Shown piece by piece: positions 17,582-30,266 of a DNA stretch of 64,000 bases. Below the pieces are notes generated by a model. That model was given only the letters and a program-made list of their open reading frames with translations, was not told the origin of the DNA and ran no database searches. Within the stretch, counting starts at the first letter, position 1. Each line of letters starts with the position of its first letter. This DNA is from Eledone cirrhosa (Eukaryota): NCBI GenBank assembly GCA_964016885.1, contig OZ024743.1, positions 351,416,001 through 351,480,000 on the forward strand. The letters are read 5' to 3'. The translations under genes and the position numbers were made by a program.

Positions 17582-18376
17582 ATGGCTTCCCACTCTGTTC
17601 TGCCAACGTACACGGGCGACGTAAGGTTGTGGTTCTCGCAATTAGAAGCTTTCTTCAGGGCGAACAGAGTCGACGAGGAACTACAGCATTCTGTGGTCCT
17701 CAGTGCCATTCCGCCGGCAATTCTCCCAGCGGTCAAGGACCTCGTGTTGGAGGCAACGGCAGAGTCGTCGTACGCGTCTCTGAAGGCTGAAATACTCAGC
17801 CGGACAGAACAGTCGTCAGAGAGGAGATTTAGGGCTCTGGTCCACCTGGAGCACATAGGGGATGGCACACCATCGAACCTCCTTAGGCGGATGAAGGACC
17901 TAACGGAGGGGTCTGCAGCGGAAACTGCCCTGCTGAAGCAGTTGTTCTTTTCGCGCCTGCCGACGAACGTACAGGCAATTTTGGCCCCCATGAGGGATTC
18001 GAGCTCGGTTGAGCAGCTTGCCTCATCGGCGGACAAGATATTCGAGGTGACGAATGCCGGAGACAGCGACCCCCTCGCCGCTGTTCAACACCCAGCTCGG
18101 GCCACACACGGCCATGCGATCTACGCGGCAGCACCAACGGATAGCTTGGCGATCATTGCGATGCAAAGGTCCATTCAGGAGCTCACCATGGAGCTCCACA
18201 AGATGAAGGCCTTGTGTGGTGGCTGTTCGCGCGCCCGCAGTCGCGGGAGATCGCAAAGTTTCAGACGACGGTCCAAATCACCTGGTTCAGCCTTATGCTG
18301 GTACCACGAGCGGTTCGCGGAGAACGCGAAGCACTGCGTGCAACCTTGCTCCTATCATAAGGCGGGAAACGCTTAA
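17582..18376 (+). CDS. gag: Gag
   Basis: [11 protein letters not shown]-terminus, [12 protein letters not shown], and terminal [18 protein letters not shown] knuckle. Confidence 0.9.
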   Translation: MASHSVLPTYTGDVRLWFSQLEAFFRANRVDEELQHSVVLSAIPPAILPAVKDLVLEATAESSYASLKAEILSRTEQSSERRFRALVHLEHIGDGTPSNLLRRMKDLTEGSAAETALLKQLFFSRLPTNVQAILAPMRDSSSVEQLASSADKIFEVTNAGDSDPLAAVQHPARATHGHAIYAAAPTDSLAIIAMQRSIQELTMELHKMKALCGGCSRARSRGRSQSFRRRSKSPGSALCWYHERFAENAKHCVQPCSYHKAGNA

Positions 18377-18405
18377 GAGGTCCTCTGATGGGGACAGATG
18401 GCCTC
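18364..18405 (+). promoter_or_regulatory. gag-pol -1 ribosomal frameshift signal
   Basis: G_GGA_AAC in the gag frame, with pol in the -1 frame. Hairpin gaggtc..tctg-loop-caga..ggcctc starts 6 nt downstream. Confidence 0.8.
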
Positions 18406-21400
18406 AACATAAAGCCACCAAACCGCCATTTCTTCATTAAGGACCTAATATCCGGAAGAGGTTTCCTCGTGGATACAGGAGCCTCCTGTAGTATCTGGCC
18501 GGTCCATTGCCTGAAAGATACCCCCATAGAGTCATCTGTCACGCTGCAGGCAGTTAACCACTCGTCTATAAAGACGTACGGGCAAATCTCGCTCCCTCTT
18601 AAATTCCTAAATCTTCGAAGGGATTTTAAGTGGATTTTTACGGTTGCCGATTTGCCATATCCCATCTTAGGAGCGGATTTCCTCCACAACTTCTCTTTAA
18701 CTGTGGACGTCCGTGGCCAACGCCTGGTGGATAACATCACCGGCTTTTCAATTCATGGCCAGGAAGCCAAGGCCCCAATAGTCAGCCCCGTGTTCTTTAT
18801 TGCTGCCGCTGGTGACGCTTACCATGCGTTACTGGGTTCTTTCCCGGAGCTCACGGATGGAAATTTTCGAGTCACTGACCCAACACACTCGACCGAACAT
18901 TTTGTTTCCACCACCGGTGCCCCAGTGTTTTCGCGCCCACGCCGCTTACCGACGGAAAAATTAAAGGCAGCACGGTCCGAGTTCGACCATATGCTGCAGC
19001 TGGGCATTATTCGCCCATCTACGAGTCCTTGGGCTTCACCGTTACACATGGTGCCCAAGACTTCCGGCGACTGGAGACCCACAGGGGATTATAGGAGGTT
19101 AAATGCCATGACCGTCCCGGATAGGTATCCCATTCCCCATCTCCACGATTTTGCATCTTCACTGCAGGGGTGTAGGATTTTTTCTAAGCTAGATTTAGTG
19201 CGAGCCTACCACCAAATTCCGGTCAGGAAGGAGGATATTCCGAAAACTGCAATTACAACCCCTTTCGGATCATTCGAATTTTTGACCATGCCTTTCGGAC
19301 TCAGGAACGCCGCTAGCACTTTTCAGCGGTTCATAGACGAGGTCACGCGTGGTCTGGACTTCGTTTATGCTTACATAGACGATATTCTCGTCGCTAGTTC
19401 CTCTCCGGAAGAGCATATGCGCCACATGCTTCTCTTACTTCGGCGACTTCAGGATTACCGCGTTCGCGTGAATCCTGCAAAGTGTGTTTTCGGTTCCACT
19501 TCCCTACATTTTTTAGGCCACCTCATCGACGCCGAAGGTATTAGGCCGCTCCCTGAGCGAGTTCAAGCCATACAGGAGTTACCGCCGCCTACTACACTTC
19601 ACCAGTTGCGTCACTTCTTAGGCCTAATCAATTTCTATAGGCGTTTCATTCCTCATTGTGCTAATTGGCTATCTTCCCTTACTGACATTTTAAAAAAACG
19701 TCGTAAGAAGAATGAAGACATTTCCTTGACACAAGGACAGCTTCAGGACTTCCAGTCTGCCAAGACAGCCCTCGCTAGTTCTTCTTTGCTAGCCCACCCG
19801 GTACCAGAGGCCAAGCTTTCGCTTTGTGTTGATGCATCTGATACCGCTGTGGGTGCAGTTTTACAGCAGTCTTACGCTGAAAGCCAACAACCTTTGGCAT
19901 TTTTCTCGAAGAAGTTGAAACCAGCAGAAACGCGTTATAGCACGTTTGGGCGGGAATTATTAGCCATATATCTGTCGGTGAAACATTTCTCTCATATCCT
20001 TGAGGGGAGAAATTTTACGGTTTTTACCGACCACAAACCGTTGACCTTCGCTTTGAGGGCCAAAGCCGACAGATATTCGCCCAGAGAGACAAGGCACCTG
20101 GACTACGTTTCACAATTTACAAACGATATCCAGCACATTGCCGGCTCGCACAACATAGTTGCAGACGCATTATCTCGTTTGCCAATTAGCTCCATCTCGT
20201 CATCCCAGGACATCGATTTAGGTCGTTTAGCTGCAGACCAACCTGCACTCCAATCGTTGGACACTCTTTCCACCGAATTTGCGACTTGCATTTTCAAATA
20301 TCTGCCCTTGTCCACCACCGACAGGCAGATCCTTTGTGATGTATCCACTGATGCACCACGACCACTTGTTCCTGAGACTCACCGTCGAATTGTGTTCCTG
20401 GCTCTGCACAACATTTCTCATCCAGGATCGGCTGCCACAGTTAAACTTATAACAGCCAGATTCTTCTGGCCTAATATGAGGCGAGACATTGCTGTTTTTT
20501 GCCGTTCCTGTATCGCTTGCCAGAAATCGAAGATCCATAGACACATCCGGACTCCACTTGGTACTTTCACCACTCCAGATGCCCGGTTTCAACACATCCA
20601 CATTGACATCGTTGGACCTTGGCCATTCAGCAGTGGATATTCATACATATTGACGTGTGTCGATCGTTTTTCGAGATGGCCTGAGGCCATCCCTTTACAA
20701 GACATGACGGCTGAGACTGTAGCACGTGCCCTGGTATCAGGGTGGATTACCCGCTTTGGGGTACCAACTACACTCACGACAGACCGCGGTAGACAATTCG
20801 AGTCCCATCTCTTCTCTGAGCTCACAAAAATAATTGGAGCTCAACGGATTCGGACCACAGCCTATCATCCTGCTTCAAATGGAATGGTGGAACGATTCCA
20901 CCGCCAATTAAAGGCCGCTCTTCGCGCCTATCCAGACTCTCAACGTTGGAGCGAGTACCTTCCTATTGTGTTATTAGGAATTCGGTCATCAATAAAGGAG
21001 GACCTTGGGTTCTCCCCGGCCGAATTAATCTACGGTGCTCCTCTAGCGTTGCCTGGGCAAATGCTTGCCCCTGTTGATCTTGCTTTCCAAGATCCGCTTT
21101 CCTACGTATCCCGTCTGCGTTCTTATTTACAGGACCTGCCGCCGATGGATACGAGGAAGCAAACTGTAAAACATGCGGTCCCGAGGGACATTGCCTCGTG
21201 GACCCATGTGTTCGTAAGGAACGATGCTGTGAGACCACCCCTCACACAACCATACTCTGGACCCTACCGTGTGTTAGCACGCACTGACAAACATTTCACA
21301 GTAGACGTTAAGGGGTCCAGAGAGACAATTTCGGTGGATAGACTGAAAAGGGCACACAATGACGCTCATACACCCGAGCCACAAATACCCCAATCTTTCA

Positions 21401-21516
21401 CCATTGTGCATACACCTGCTCCTTCTGCCCCACCATCACCTACATACAAGACTACGACCCGTTCCGGTCGGAGAGTCCACTGGCCCAAAAAGTTCTGCCA
21501 AACTATTTTTATATGA
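18388..21516 (+). CDS. pol: Pol polyprotein (protease, RT, RNase H, integrase); frame entered at ~18364 by frameshift
   Basis: [52 protein letters not shown]. Uninterrupted 1042 aa. Confidence 0.97.
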   Translation: MGTDGLNIKPPNRHFFIKDLISGRGFLVDTGASCSIWPVHCLKDTPIESSVTLQAVNHSSIKTYGQISLPLKFLNLRRDFKWIFTVADLPYPILGADFLHNFSLTVDVRGQRLVDNITGFSIHGQEAKAPIVSPVFFIAAAGDAYHALLGSFPELTDGNFRVTDPTHSTEHFVSTTGAPVFSRPRRLPTEKLKAARSEFDHMLQLGIIRPSTSPWASPLHMVPKTSGDWRPTGDYRRLNAMTVPDRYPIPHLHDFASSLQGCRIFSKLDLVRAYHQIPVRKEDIPKTAITTPFGSFEFLTMPFGLRNAASTFQRFIDEVTRGLDFVYAYIDDILVASSSPEEHMRHMLLLLRRLQDYRVRVNPAKCVFGSTSLHFLGHLIDAEGIRPLPERVQAIQELPPPTTLHQLRHFLGLINFYRRFIPHCANWLSSLTDILKKRRKKNEDISLTQGQLQDFQSAKTALASSSLLAHPVPEAKLSLCVDASDTAVGAVLQQSYAESQQPLAFFSKKLKPAETRYSTFGRELLAIYLSVKHFSHILEGRNFTVFTDHKPLTFALRAKADRYSPRETRHLDYVSQFTNDIQHIAGSHNIVADALSRLPISSISSSQDIDLGRLAADQPALQSLDTLSTEFATCIFKYLPLSTTDRQILCDVSTDAPRPLVPETHRRIVFLALHNISHPGSAATVKLITARFFWPNMRRDIAVFCRSCIACQKSKIHRHIRTPLGTFTTPDARFQHIHIDIVGPWPFSSGYSYILTCVDRFSRWPEAIPLQDMTAETVARALVSGWITRFGVPTTLTTDRGRQFESHLFSELTKIIGAQRIRTTAYHPASNGMVERFHRQLKAALRAYPDSQRWSEYLPIVLLGIRSSIKEDLGFSPAELIYGAPLALPGQMLAPVDLAFQDPLSYVSRLRSYLQDLPPMDTRKQTVKHAVPRDIASWTHVFVRNDAVRPPLTQPYSGPYRVLARTDKHFTVDVKGSRETISVDRLKRAHNDAHTPEPQIPQSFTIVHTPAPSAPPSPTYKTTTRSGRRVHWPKKFCQTIFI

Positions 21517-21535
21517 ACTGGCCATTGGAGCCTTA

Positions 21536-21566
<31 letters not shown>

Positions 21567-22709
21567 TTTTTGTTTTTGCTGTTCTTATTTATTTGATTTA
21601 TTGTATTGCAATGTACCTCTCATGACCATTTCACTGGATGTTTATATATGTTTTTTCGTTTCCTTTACAATGAACATTTTAAGCTACATTCTTCTCTTTG
21701 CCGGTTTATAAGTTTGCAATGTAAATTTACCGTTGATAACCGCGCATTTAGTAAGAATGCTTATTTCTCTGGTCGCTGGCCTCTGGACCCTTCCAGATCA
21801 ACGCATTCTCAACATCGACCATCAACTTCGGCTGCTATTTCTAGCACTTTGCGCAACTCATTTTTTTCTAAAAAAAAAAATTTTTTTACTGTGAATTTAA
21901 ACACCGAATACGCTCACTCAGCGAGACAACAGCAGCAGCAACAGCAATATAACAGCAACAGCAATACATCAACACAGCTTCACCAAAGCCAGAGAATTTA
22001 TTTTTGCAGCACTCTTCCTGTGAGAAAATCCATTCGGAGGTTGGAAATTTCACGATATACCACAGAACAGAAACCACCTGCATTCATTCTCTGGAACACA
22101 CTTTCTTTCCTGCTGTCATGTGATTGCACACCTGTGAACTATATTTTGTACATTTGAACTTTTGACTTTTCTTACTTCCATTACTCTGTACCATATTTTT
22201 CATGCCTCTTACATGCTCGCCATCTTACTCCATGCATGCTTCTTTCGATTTTTTATGTTTTAAAAATCTGGCGGGGGATACTGTAGTAAGAGTTGCCTCC
22301 CCTGCCACGACAATCGAATCGCTGTTCTCTAGACAGGAAGGAGGTGCAGTTGCTTTCCTTTGGGATTGACCAAACTCCCTAGTGGTCACTTCCGGTCAAC
22401 AGAGATAAAAGGAGCGATTAACCGCGAAATCTCTCTCTCGCCTCCTGATTCCTGAAGTGGTAACATCTTCGACCATAGCTGGTGATTCTCTCTGGACGAC
22501 CCTTTCGTTACCAGCACAATCCAGCTCACCAGCCTGAGATGAGAGCGCCAAGACATTTTCTACCAACTTCACAATGGTATTATTGCCATCGGGTAACAAC
22601 CCTTTACCTTATACACCTTTGACTTCTATGAAGTAAAACTTTATCACACACACCAGTACTCTTTGTCTTTTATATTATGTTGCATGTGCACCGATATCTA
22701 TTTCCTAAA

Positions 22710-24841
22710 GATCTATGGACAGTCATGCGTTGGCGGAGGCTGTTTTTGGTCTGGCCTATGTATTGTTCTCGACAACCTGAACAAGTTAATACATATATTA
22801 GATTTTCCGATGCACATGTGAAATTGTGTTTTACTATAAAACGTTGTCCATCTTTGAAATAGAATTCCGAACCCTCTATTAGGTTGATGCAAATGCCACA
22901 GTTGGGTCTATCGCATTTTTTTACTGTGGGTTTCGTTGTTGTGGTTGGCAGTACTTTGGCATGTGTTAAGATGTTTTTCATTGACTTGGATTGTCTTTTG
23001 CTCTTTATGATATCGTGTGTTCGTAGAATTTGGTTCATTCTATGGTCCTTTTTCAATACAGGGATGTTCTGGAGGATGGTGTCAAAGGCCTCATTGTTGA
23101 GGGGGTTGTGTGTGGAGATGTATGGAAGAGCTTTTAGTTTTGGTTGATTTACTTTAGGGTGTCTAAGGTCCTGGGTACTGAGTTTTAGGGCACGTTGGAT
23201 TCCATTGTCAATTAGTGATGCAGGGTAGTCCCTGCCTATGAGTGTGTCCTTTAGTTCTTGTAGCCGTAAGTAGCAGATGTTTTTATTGGAGACTATAGTA
23301 CAGATTCTCTTGGCTAAGTTGTAGGGAATATTAATTTTAACGTGTCTAGGGTGGCAAGAGTTGAAGGGGAGATATTGCTTGGAGTCTGTGGGCTTGTAGT
23401 ATATGTCTGTTTCGATTTTTTTGTTATGGATCTTAATGAGGATGTCGAGGAAGGGGAGTTGTTGATGGCTGTATTCCATCGTGAAGTTAATATTTGTGTT
23501 GAGCCCATTTATAAGGGTGTGAAATTCTTTAAGTTTTTCGATGTTTTCGTGCCAAAGGATGAAGCAGTCATCTAGATATCGCTTCCAGTTCCTTTCAATG
23601 TGTAAGTGGAGGGTGTTTCCAAATTTGTTTAGGACTTTAGTGTAGAGGGTGATTTCCAGGTATCCCATGACTAGGTTGGCATAAGTGGGGGCTGTTTTCG
23701 TTCCCATAGCGGTCCCAGATTTCTGCCTGTAGGGTTTGTTATTGAAAACGAAGTAATTGTTCTCCAAGAAAAATTTGAGTCCCTCTATCACGAATTCTTT
23801 TTTGATGCGTTGTGGGAGTTCATTGTCGAAATTATCCAGCCAGAATTGGATAGCTTCTATTCCTAGGTTGTGGGTGGTGTTGGAGTATAGGTTGACTACA
23901 TCGAACGTCACTAGTAGGGTTTGTTCAGGAAGTGGCATATTAGGGAGGTGATTGAGCATATCTAGGTCGTCCCTTATATAGCTTTTGATGTCCTTGAGGA
24001 AGGGTTTGAGAAGGGTATCAATGAAGTTGCTAAGACGGTGCGTTTCGCAAGCAGGGCCTGCTATTATAGGTCTTAATTTGAGATCATTGGGTGAGGGGAC
24101 ATTGATGACTATGTCTGTGGCTTCCTTGCATGCCTTACTTATTGATTCGCTTTTATGTACTTGAGGGATACCGTAGAAAAGGCTGGATTTACTTGTGAAG
24201 TCTGTGATGAAGCTGAATTCCTTGTTAGTGAGTCCTTCTTTGTATTGGTTGATTAGAGTTTTTAGGTTTTTCATAATTTTCTGTTGATTGTAGTGTTCAG
24301 CCTTTTCGTAGTATGTTTCGTTTTCCAAAGTGGAGAGCGCTAAGTTGATATAGAATTCTGTCTCCATTAGGACTACTGTACTCCCTTTATCAGCCTCTTT
24401 AATTGTAATGGTTCTGTCGGTTTTTAATCTATTTAATTCTTCCCATTCTTTCTTGTTGAGGTTTGGCTTGTGTTTTTGTCTGTGCAAGTGTTGGTAAGGG
24501 AAGTTTGTGATGTGTTCACAGAATTCGTCCAGGATTTTATTTCTACCTTTTGAAGGGGTGTAATTGCTTCTATTTCTGGCTAATGATTCATCCTCATTGT
24601 ACTGGTCGAATAGTTGTTCACTAAGTCGTAACTTTCTACAGAAGTCTGTGATGTCTTCCTTCATTTCATAGTAGTTAGGACGTAGTGGGGTCGGTGTGAA
24701 TTTAAGACCTTTGGAGAGTAAGTTGATAAGGTTGGGTGTTGGTTCTGCACTAGTAAGATTGATAATTTTTATTACTATCGGTTTCTCCTCCCTGTCTTGT
24801 GTTATTTTGTTTGCCTGTATCTGTGTGCTGTGTCTAAAAAA
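22710..24841 (-). CDS. PLE ORF2: reverse transcriptase + Zn-knuckle + GIY-YIG endonuclease (continues at 16668-16472)
   Basis: INL..LLSKGLKFTPTP, ADKG, FYGIPQVHK, LRPII, FDVVNLY, GTAMG, RYLDD, LPFLD, CDRPNCGIC, NLIYVLTCSGCREQYIGQT. Confidence 0.93.
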
Positions 24842-26112
24842 TGGTTGGGGTAGAGGGGTTGTCTGCTGATGTTAAGTGGTCTCCTGTGTTTGTTATATTC
24901 CTTGTTGTTGTAAAATGTGGTTCGGGTTGGTGGTTGTAGATTGAATGGGGTGTTCCTGTACTGCGAGTATGGGTGTGTGTTTCTATGTGCCATGTTGTAT
25001 TGTGGTGTTATAAGTGGCCTACGTTGTTCGTTGTATCGTGTGGTGTGGGTTTGTTGTGTATTATGGAAGCGAGAGTTGAGAAAATGGTAATTACCTTGCT
25101 GTCCCCTTGAAGCGGGGAAGTTGTTACATCTATCATGGCGGTGGTATCTTTTCCCTATGTTTGACGATGAGGCATCCGCGTAGTAGTTGAGTGATTTGGT
25201 ATGGTGTCTCCTTGAAGGGGGAAAGTTGTAAATGTCATTCTGGGGGAGATGATTTCTTGGGTTTTTGTTCCTTCTTATGGTAGCGAGGTTGGGAAGTTCA
25301 TCTTCGGTGTGGTGCTTCCTTCTTCGTTTGTTAGAGGCTTGGGGGTTTGAGAAGTTGTTGTGCGGTTCAGTTATGGGTTTTCCTATTTTTATGAACGGGT
25401 TATTGGAGGTGTAATCCGTTTGAAAAGTCGATTCATAGTGTAGGAACCAAGCGGCACTTTTTTCCCAGCGTTGAAGGGATTTCAGTTCTTCTCTGTTGCA
25501 GTCCCCTTTCCATAATTTGGAGATCTTCTCTACCTTGGGGCCTTCAGTTTTGTTGTTGATTTCCAGGAGGATCTCTTCATCGATGGTTTTGATTTTTTCC
25601 TCATTTGTTTGGGCCCTCAGTTTAAGAAGTTCAATTTCTGTCTTCATTTTTTCCAATGTCATTCTTTCCCTAAGGTGTCTTTGAGGTTCGGGTTCATTTG
25701 GAATGGACTTTATTTGTAGTTTACGGGGGAGAGTTAGAGGGGTTGAGTTAAGCCATTTTTCATATATCTCTGCTTTGTTGTGATTTTGTATCATCTTCCA
25801 GAATGAGAACTTTCTGTCTCTGAGGGATTTGTTCCATTTTGGAATTGTTCGAATTTTCATTTTGTGTGAATCAATCTCACATGGTTCTTCGTTGGTTTTT
25901 CCTGGGTTGGTAGTAGTGAACATAGTTAGGATAGTATCGCAAATGTTTTGGAGTTTGTCGCCGATTTCGGAGGGTTTGTATCCGGTGGCGGTTTCCTTAT
26001 TTGTGGAGTCAAGTTTGTCGACCAGCAAATATAGGTTGGTGTTGATTTTCTTGAGTTCCTGTAGGATCTCTTCATTTGAGTTGATGAGGGTTGTATCCGT
26101 TTTTGTTGGCAT
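24802..26112 (-). CDS. PLE ORF1: unknown protein with coiled-coil-like middle and basic low-complexity C-terminus
   Basis: 436-aa open frame from ATG 26112, between the 5' repeat and ORF2. Heptad-like segment ERMTLEKMKTEIELLKLRAQTNEEKIKTIDEEILLEINNK. Confidence 0.75.
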   Translation of the reverse strand: MPTKTDTTLINSNEEILQELKKINTNLYLLVDKLDSTNKETATGYKPSEIGDKLQNICDTILTMFTTTNPGKTNEEPCEIDSHKMKIRTIPKWNKSLRDRKFSFWKMIQNHNKAEIYEKWLNSTPLTLPRKLQIKSIPNEPEPQRHLRERMTLEKMKTEIELLKLRAQTNEEKIKTIDEEILLEINNKTEGPKVEKISKLWKGDCNREELKSLQRWEKSAAWFLHYESTFQTDYTSNNPFIKIGKPITEPHNNFSNPQASNKRRRKHHTEDELPNLATIRRNKNPRNHLPQNDIYNFPPSRRHHTKSLNYYADASSSNIGKRYHRHDRCNNFPASRGQQGNYHFLNSRFHNTQQTHTTRYNEQRRPLITPQYNMAHRNTHPYSQYRNTPFNLQPPTRTTFYNNKEYNKHRRPLNISRQPLYPNHFLDTAHRYRQTK

Positions 26113-26655
26113 TTTCTGTATCTCATGTGAGGTTATGATAGTTAAAAGAATAGAGGTGTAACACACAAGTTATTATATATTGGTAAACGGAATAGAAAAT
26201 GCTGACAAATTGTTCACAGTTGAAAAATGGTTTAATTAGGAATAAAAGAGTATTAGTGATTGTATGGGTTAGTATTCAGTTGTGGTTTTAAGTTTTTAAG
26301 TTTTTACCGGTTGCGCATTTCTAAATGCTTTTCAAAAATAATTTTGAGATAGAGTGTCCGTGCTGTTTGCTCTGATCTGATTAGTTTTGGGAATTCTACC
26401 TGTTTTTATGTTAAAAAAGTGGCTCCAGCGTTACTTTGGTGTTGCAAAATTTCTTGTGGTCAAAACAATTTTGATTGGTCGGTAGAGGTCATGTGAGTGT
26501 AAAAAATTGATTTTGCGCCAAGACTGTTTTTATGTTAAAAAAAGTGGCTCCAGCAACAATTCTTGTGGTCAAAACAATTTTGATTGCTCGGTAGAGGTCA
26601 TGTGAATAAAAAATTGGTTTTGCGCCAAGATTGAGAAATGACTCTTTCACAACAA

Positions 26656-26739
<84 letters not shown>

Positions 26740-27005
26740 TAGTAGTAGTAGTAAGGTGTTCGATGTTGTGATAATGGTTAGCAGCGATGTGTGTCAAATG
26801 GCTATTGAGATAAGTGTGTGTGTGTGTGTGTGTATAGCAGAGTAATTCGTGGTGGCAGGGATGGTCAGTAAGAATGTGTCTGAAAGCAATGGGGGTATTT
26901 TAGCATGTCAAAAGATATTTTTCAGCTTTTGTCTTATACGGAAAAGTGCGTGTGTGTGTGTGTATATAAGTCTCTTTGTATACTTACATATATATATATA
27001 TATAT

Positions 27006-27755
27006 GTAAGTATGTATGTATACGTACATACATATATGTATACAGACGTACAGTAGTATGTATATATATATACATACATGCACACATATATATGCACGTA
27101 TCGGTTTACCGAACATTTATTATAATGCTCGGTTTGTTTGTTTGTAAACAAACAGCCCGAATTACGCCGTACAGTGTTTAAGCAACCACGTCACCTTTTT
27201 GTTCAACACTGACACAGGAACGATGTACTAGTTTCAAGCTTATTAGCTATCGTCAGCATCGTATACCTTCCTGCCAGATGGTTGAACGTCTGAAAGTATA
27301 TACTTTCCTTATGCATATTAACGGCTGATCAGCCTAATTTGCATATCGAGTGAGTTCAGTCGGCCGGGCACACCGAAAACGATAAATGGAATAGAATGAA
27401 ACGAAATTTCATTTCTCACTCTTAGTACGGCACTTACTTAAATGTAAGTATGTATGTATACGTACATACATATATGTATACAGACGTACAGTAGTATGTA
27501 TATATATACATACATGCACACATATATATATATGCATGTATCGGTTTACCGAACATTTATTATGATGCACGGTTTGTTTGTTTGTAAACAAACAAACAGC
27601 CCGAATTACGCCGCATATATATATATGTGTGCATGTATGTATATATATACATACTACTGTACGTCTGTATACATATATGTATGTACGTATACATACATAC
27701 TTACATTTAAGTAAGTGCCGTACTAAGAGTGAGAAATGAAATTCCGTTTCATTCT

Positions 27756-27762
<7 letters not shown>
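27006..27762 (-). mobile_element. Retrozyme-like ~438-bp unit (1.4 tandem copies plus fold-back end); dispersed copy at ~41296-41733
   Basis: 27006-27170 repeats at 27444-27613. ~27615-27760 is an inverted copy of ~27389-27535. No ORF; contains an HHR. Confidence 0.7.
27220..27262 (-). ncRNA. Minimal type I hammerhead ribozyme (second copy 41603-41645 minus)
   Basis: acgatg CTGACGA tagct aata agctt GAAA ctag TA catcgt. Confidence 0.88.
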
Positions 27763-27832
<70 letters not shown>

Positions 27833-27836
<4 letters not shown>

Positions 27837-28167
27837 TATGAAGAGAGAAGAAACATTTAGATATAATTAGTAATAAAATGTATCATACCTAAACTGCTCC
27901 TAAATTCCTCGACCGTTATATCGCGTGACTATCTCCCCCTCCGCCTTTTGGGATTCTTTCTCACGTCGTGTAGACGCGTTCTTGAGACTAGTAAAATGAG
28001 GTATCCTCTTGATAAGTCGGCAGACCTCGCAAGGACTCTATATCTTTATGATATATTGTTTTTGTTTATGCCACGAAACTACGTAGTCGAGGAATTTAGG
28101 AGCAGTTTAGGTATGATACATTTTATTACTAATTATATCTAAATGTTTCTTCTCTCTTCATAATGTA
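27833..28167. repeat. 81-bp inverted repeat enclosing a decayed hammerhead (28004-28093 plus)
   Basis: Arms 27833-27913 and 28086-28167. Motif: tcctc TTGATAA gtcggca..tgccac GAAA ctacgtag TC gagga. Confidence 0.65.
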
Positions 28168-28334
28168 TTTTTAACTCTGATACTGGTTCAGTCTAGTTCA
28201 ACTGAATTGGTCTGTCCCAGTCATTCATTGAGCAACATCGGTGAAGTTGGCACCCTTAACTCACAGTTGGGTGCGGATGCATTCATGTATATATGTGTGT
28301 GTCCGCATGTTACACAACAGTTAGTTCACCATAC

Positions 28335-28372
28335 CGAGAACAATTGGTTCACCTTAGCGGATCATCAGCTCG
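28335..28372 (-). ncRNA. Minimal hammerhead-like motif with GAAC in place of GAAA
   Basis: cgag CTGATGA tcc gctaa ggt GAAC caattg TT ctcg. Confidence 0.55.
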
Positions 28373-28477
28373 TAATGGACATGGTTATACGGAACAGGAA
28401 GGTCTAACCACTCCTACCTAACTCGTCCCATGGACTGAGTGCTCTACCACTACGGATATTACCTTCCAGTGTTTTAC

Positions 28478-28708
<231 letters not shown>

Positions 28709-28774
28709 GTTATACTCTGCTATGTATTGAGTACCTTACTTACTGTGGTTACCTCCGATTCAACCCGGAATAAC

Positions 28775-28826
<52 letters not shown>

Positions 28827-29065
28827 GAAAATCTGCTTGGTAGAATCGAGACGTATCCGAGGACCGCGCGATTTCAGAGTTAGGTTTGATCACCACATCG
28901 ATCGTGCCTCGAGCTGGTCGCCCGAGAAACAATTGTAATATGTCCAATAAATTTCTTTCGTCGCAACACTGATTCTCTTTTTTCTGTGATATCATACTCT
29001 GCTCTATGAGGGCATCTAGTGCTCATACGGCCTACCGCATACGGACGCTTTAAGCATCCAACACC

Positions 29066-29142
<77 letters not shown>

Positions 29143-29148
<6 letters not shown>

Positions 29149-29356
29149 AAAGAATAGAGGTGTAACACACAAGTTATTATATAATTAGGAATAAAAGAGT
29201 ATTAGTGATTGTATGGGTTAGTATTCAGTTGTGGTTTTAAGTTAAAACTTAAAACCACAGCTGAATACTAACCCATACAATCACTAATACTCTTTTATTC
29301 CTAATTAAACCATTTTTCAACTGTGAACAATTTGTCAGCATTTTCTATTCCGTTTA

Positions 29357-29361
<5 letters not shown>
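29143..29361. mobile_element. Fold-back fragment of the two-ORF PLE terminal repeat
   Basis: Matches 26139-26178 plus 26234-26293, followed by the reverse complement of ~26180-26295. Flanked by (TA)n. Confidence 0.8.
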
Positions 29362-29407
<46 letters not shown>

Positions 29408-29834
29408 AGATTTCGCTTCAAGCATAGCTTTATATAATATGTATAGAAATTTCGTATTTCTAAAGAAATACGGTTTTAGGAAGCCGTAGCTATACAATCA
29501 CCGGGGGGGGGGGGCTAACGCCTTCTGGTGATGTCCAGCAGAAGCAAGGGGGACAACCGTCTATGCATTGTAAAAAATTGTAATATTGTTTTTTCTCTTA
29601 ATTGGTCTATTTCAAGCTCAGCCGTAGCACAATAAACACCGAAAATATATAACATAGACTATGAATAAACGAAGTTAGTTTTAACCTGTTGACTTTTACT
29701 TCATTTTTATAAATATATTGCGGAGTAAACCGACCCACCTGCGCACTTCCTCGAATGCTTTACCATGCATACAGAACTGTAGGTGATTAACCAGCACATA
29801 CTAGAATTAATATATATATATATGTATATATATG

Positions 29835-29913
<79 letters not shown>

Positions 29914-29916
29914 GTG

Positions 29917-29949
<33 letters not shown>

Positions 29950-30003
29950 GTATATATGTATATATATATATATCAATATCTACGTATATATATATATATA
30001 TAT

Positions 30004-30136
<133 letters not shown>

Positions 30137-30195
30137 ATGTTGATTTAAAACTGCACTATCCACAAGTGTTTTTTAGCCTTCATATCATGTCCTCC

Positions 30196-30266
30196 TGTTT
30201 TATCTGATGAAAACACAAATATTATTGCATGATGATGTTTGTTTTTGAAATGCGCATAATAAAATA
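30196..30266 (+). ncRNA. Type I hammerhead ribozyme
   Basis: tgttttat CTGATGA aaacacaaatattat..atgatgtttgttttt GAAA tgcgca TA ataaaata. Confidence 0.75.

Larger units (their letters stand above)
16669..22709 (+). mobile_element. Full-length Ty3/Gypsy LTR retrotransposon, CsRn1/Kabuki-like
   Basis: 428-bp LTRs at 16669-17096 and 22282-22709 (TG..AA), TSD GATC, tRNA-Trp PBS, PPT ggcggggga before the 3' LTR, CHCC gag motif and PR-RT-RH-IN order. Confidence 0.95.

Noticed and set aside
21606-22157. 183-aa ORF with poly-Q after pol, possible env or extra ORF
   Set aside because: No signal peptide, transmembrane anchor or recognisable motif. It is an AT-rich 3' UTR with a CAG/CAA repeat.
22710-24841. 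Possible selenoprotein-type PLE (in-frame UGA as described for some Naiad elements)
   Set aside because: The reconstructed ORF2 has no in-frame TGA and ends in TAA.
26195-26245. CTGACAA..GAAA..TA in the two-ORF PLE repeat as a hammerhead
   Set aside because: The core is mismatched, stem I does not pair, and the motif is antisense to the element.
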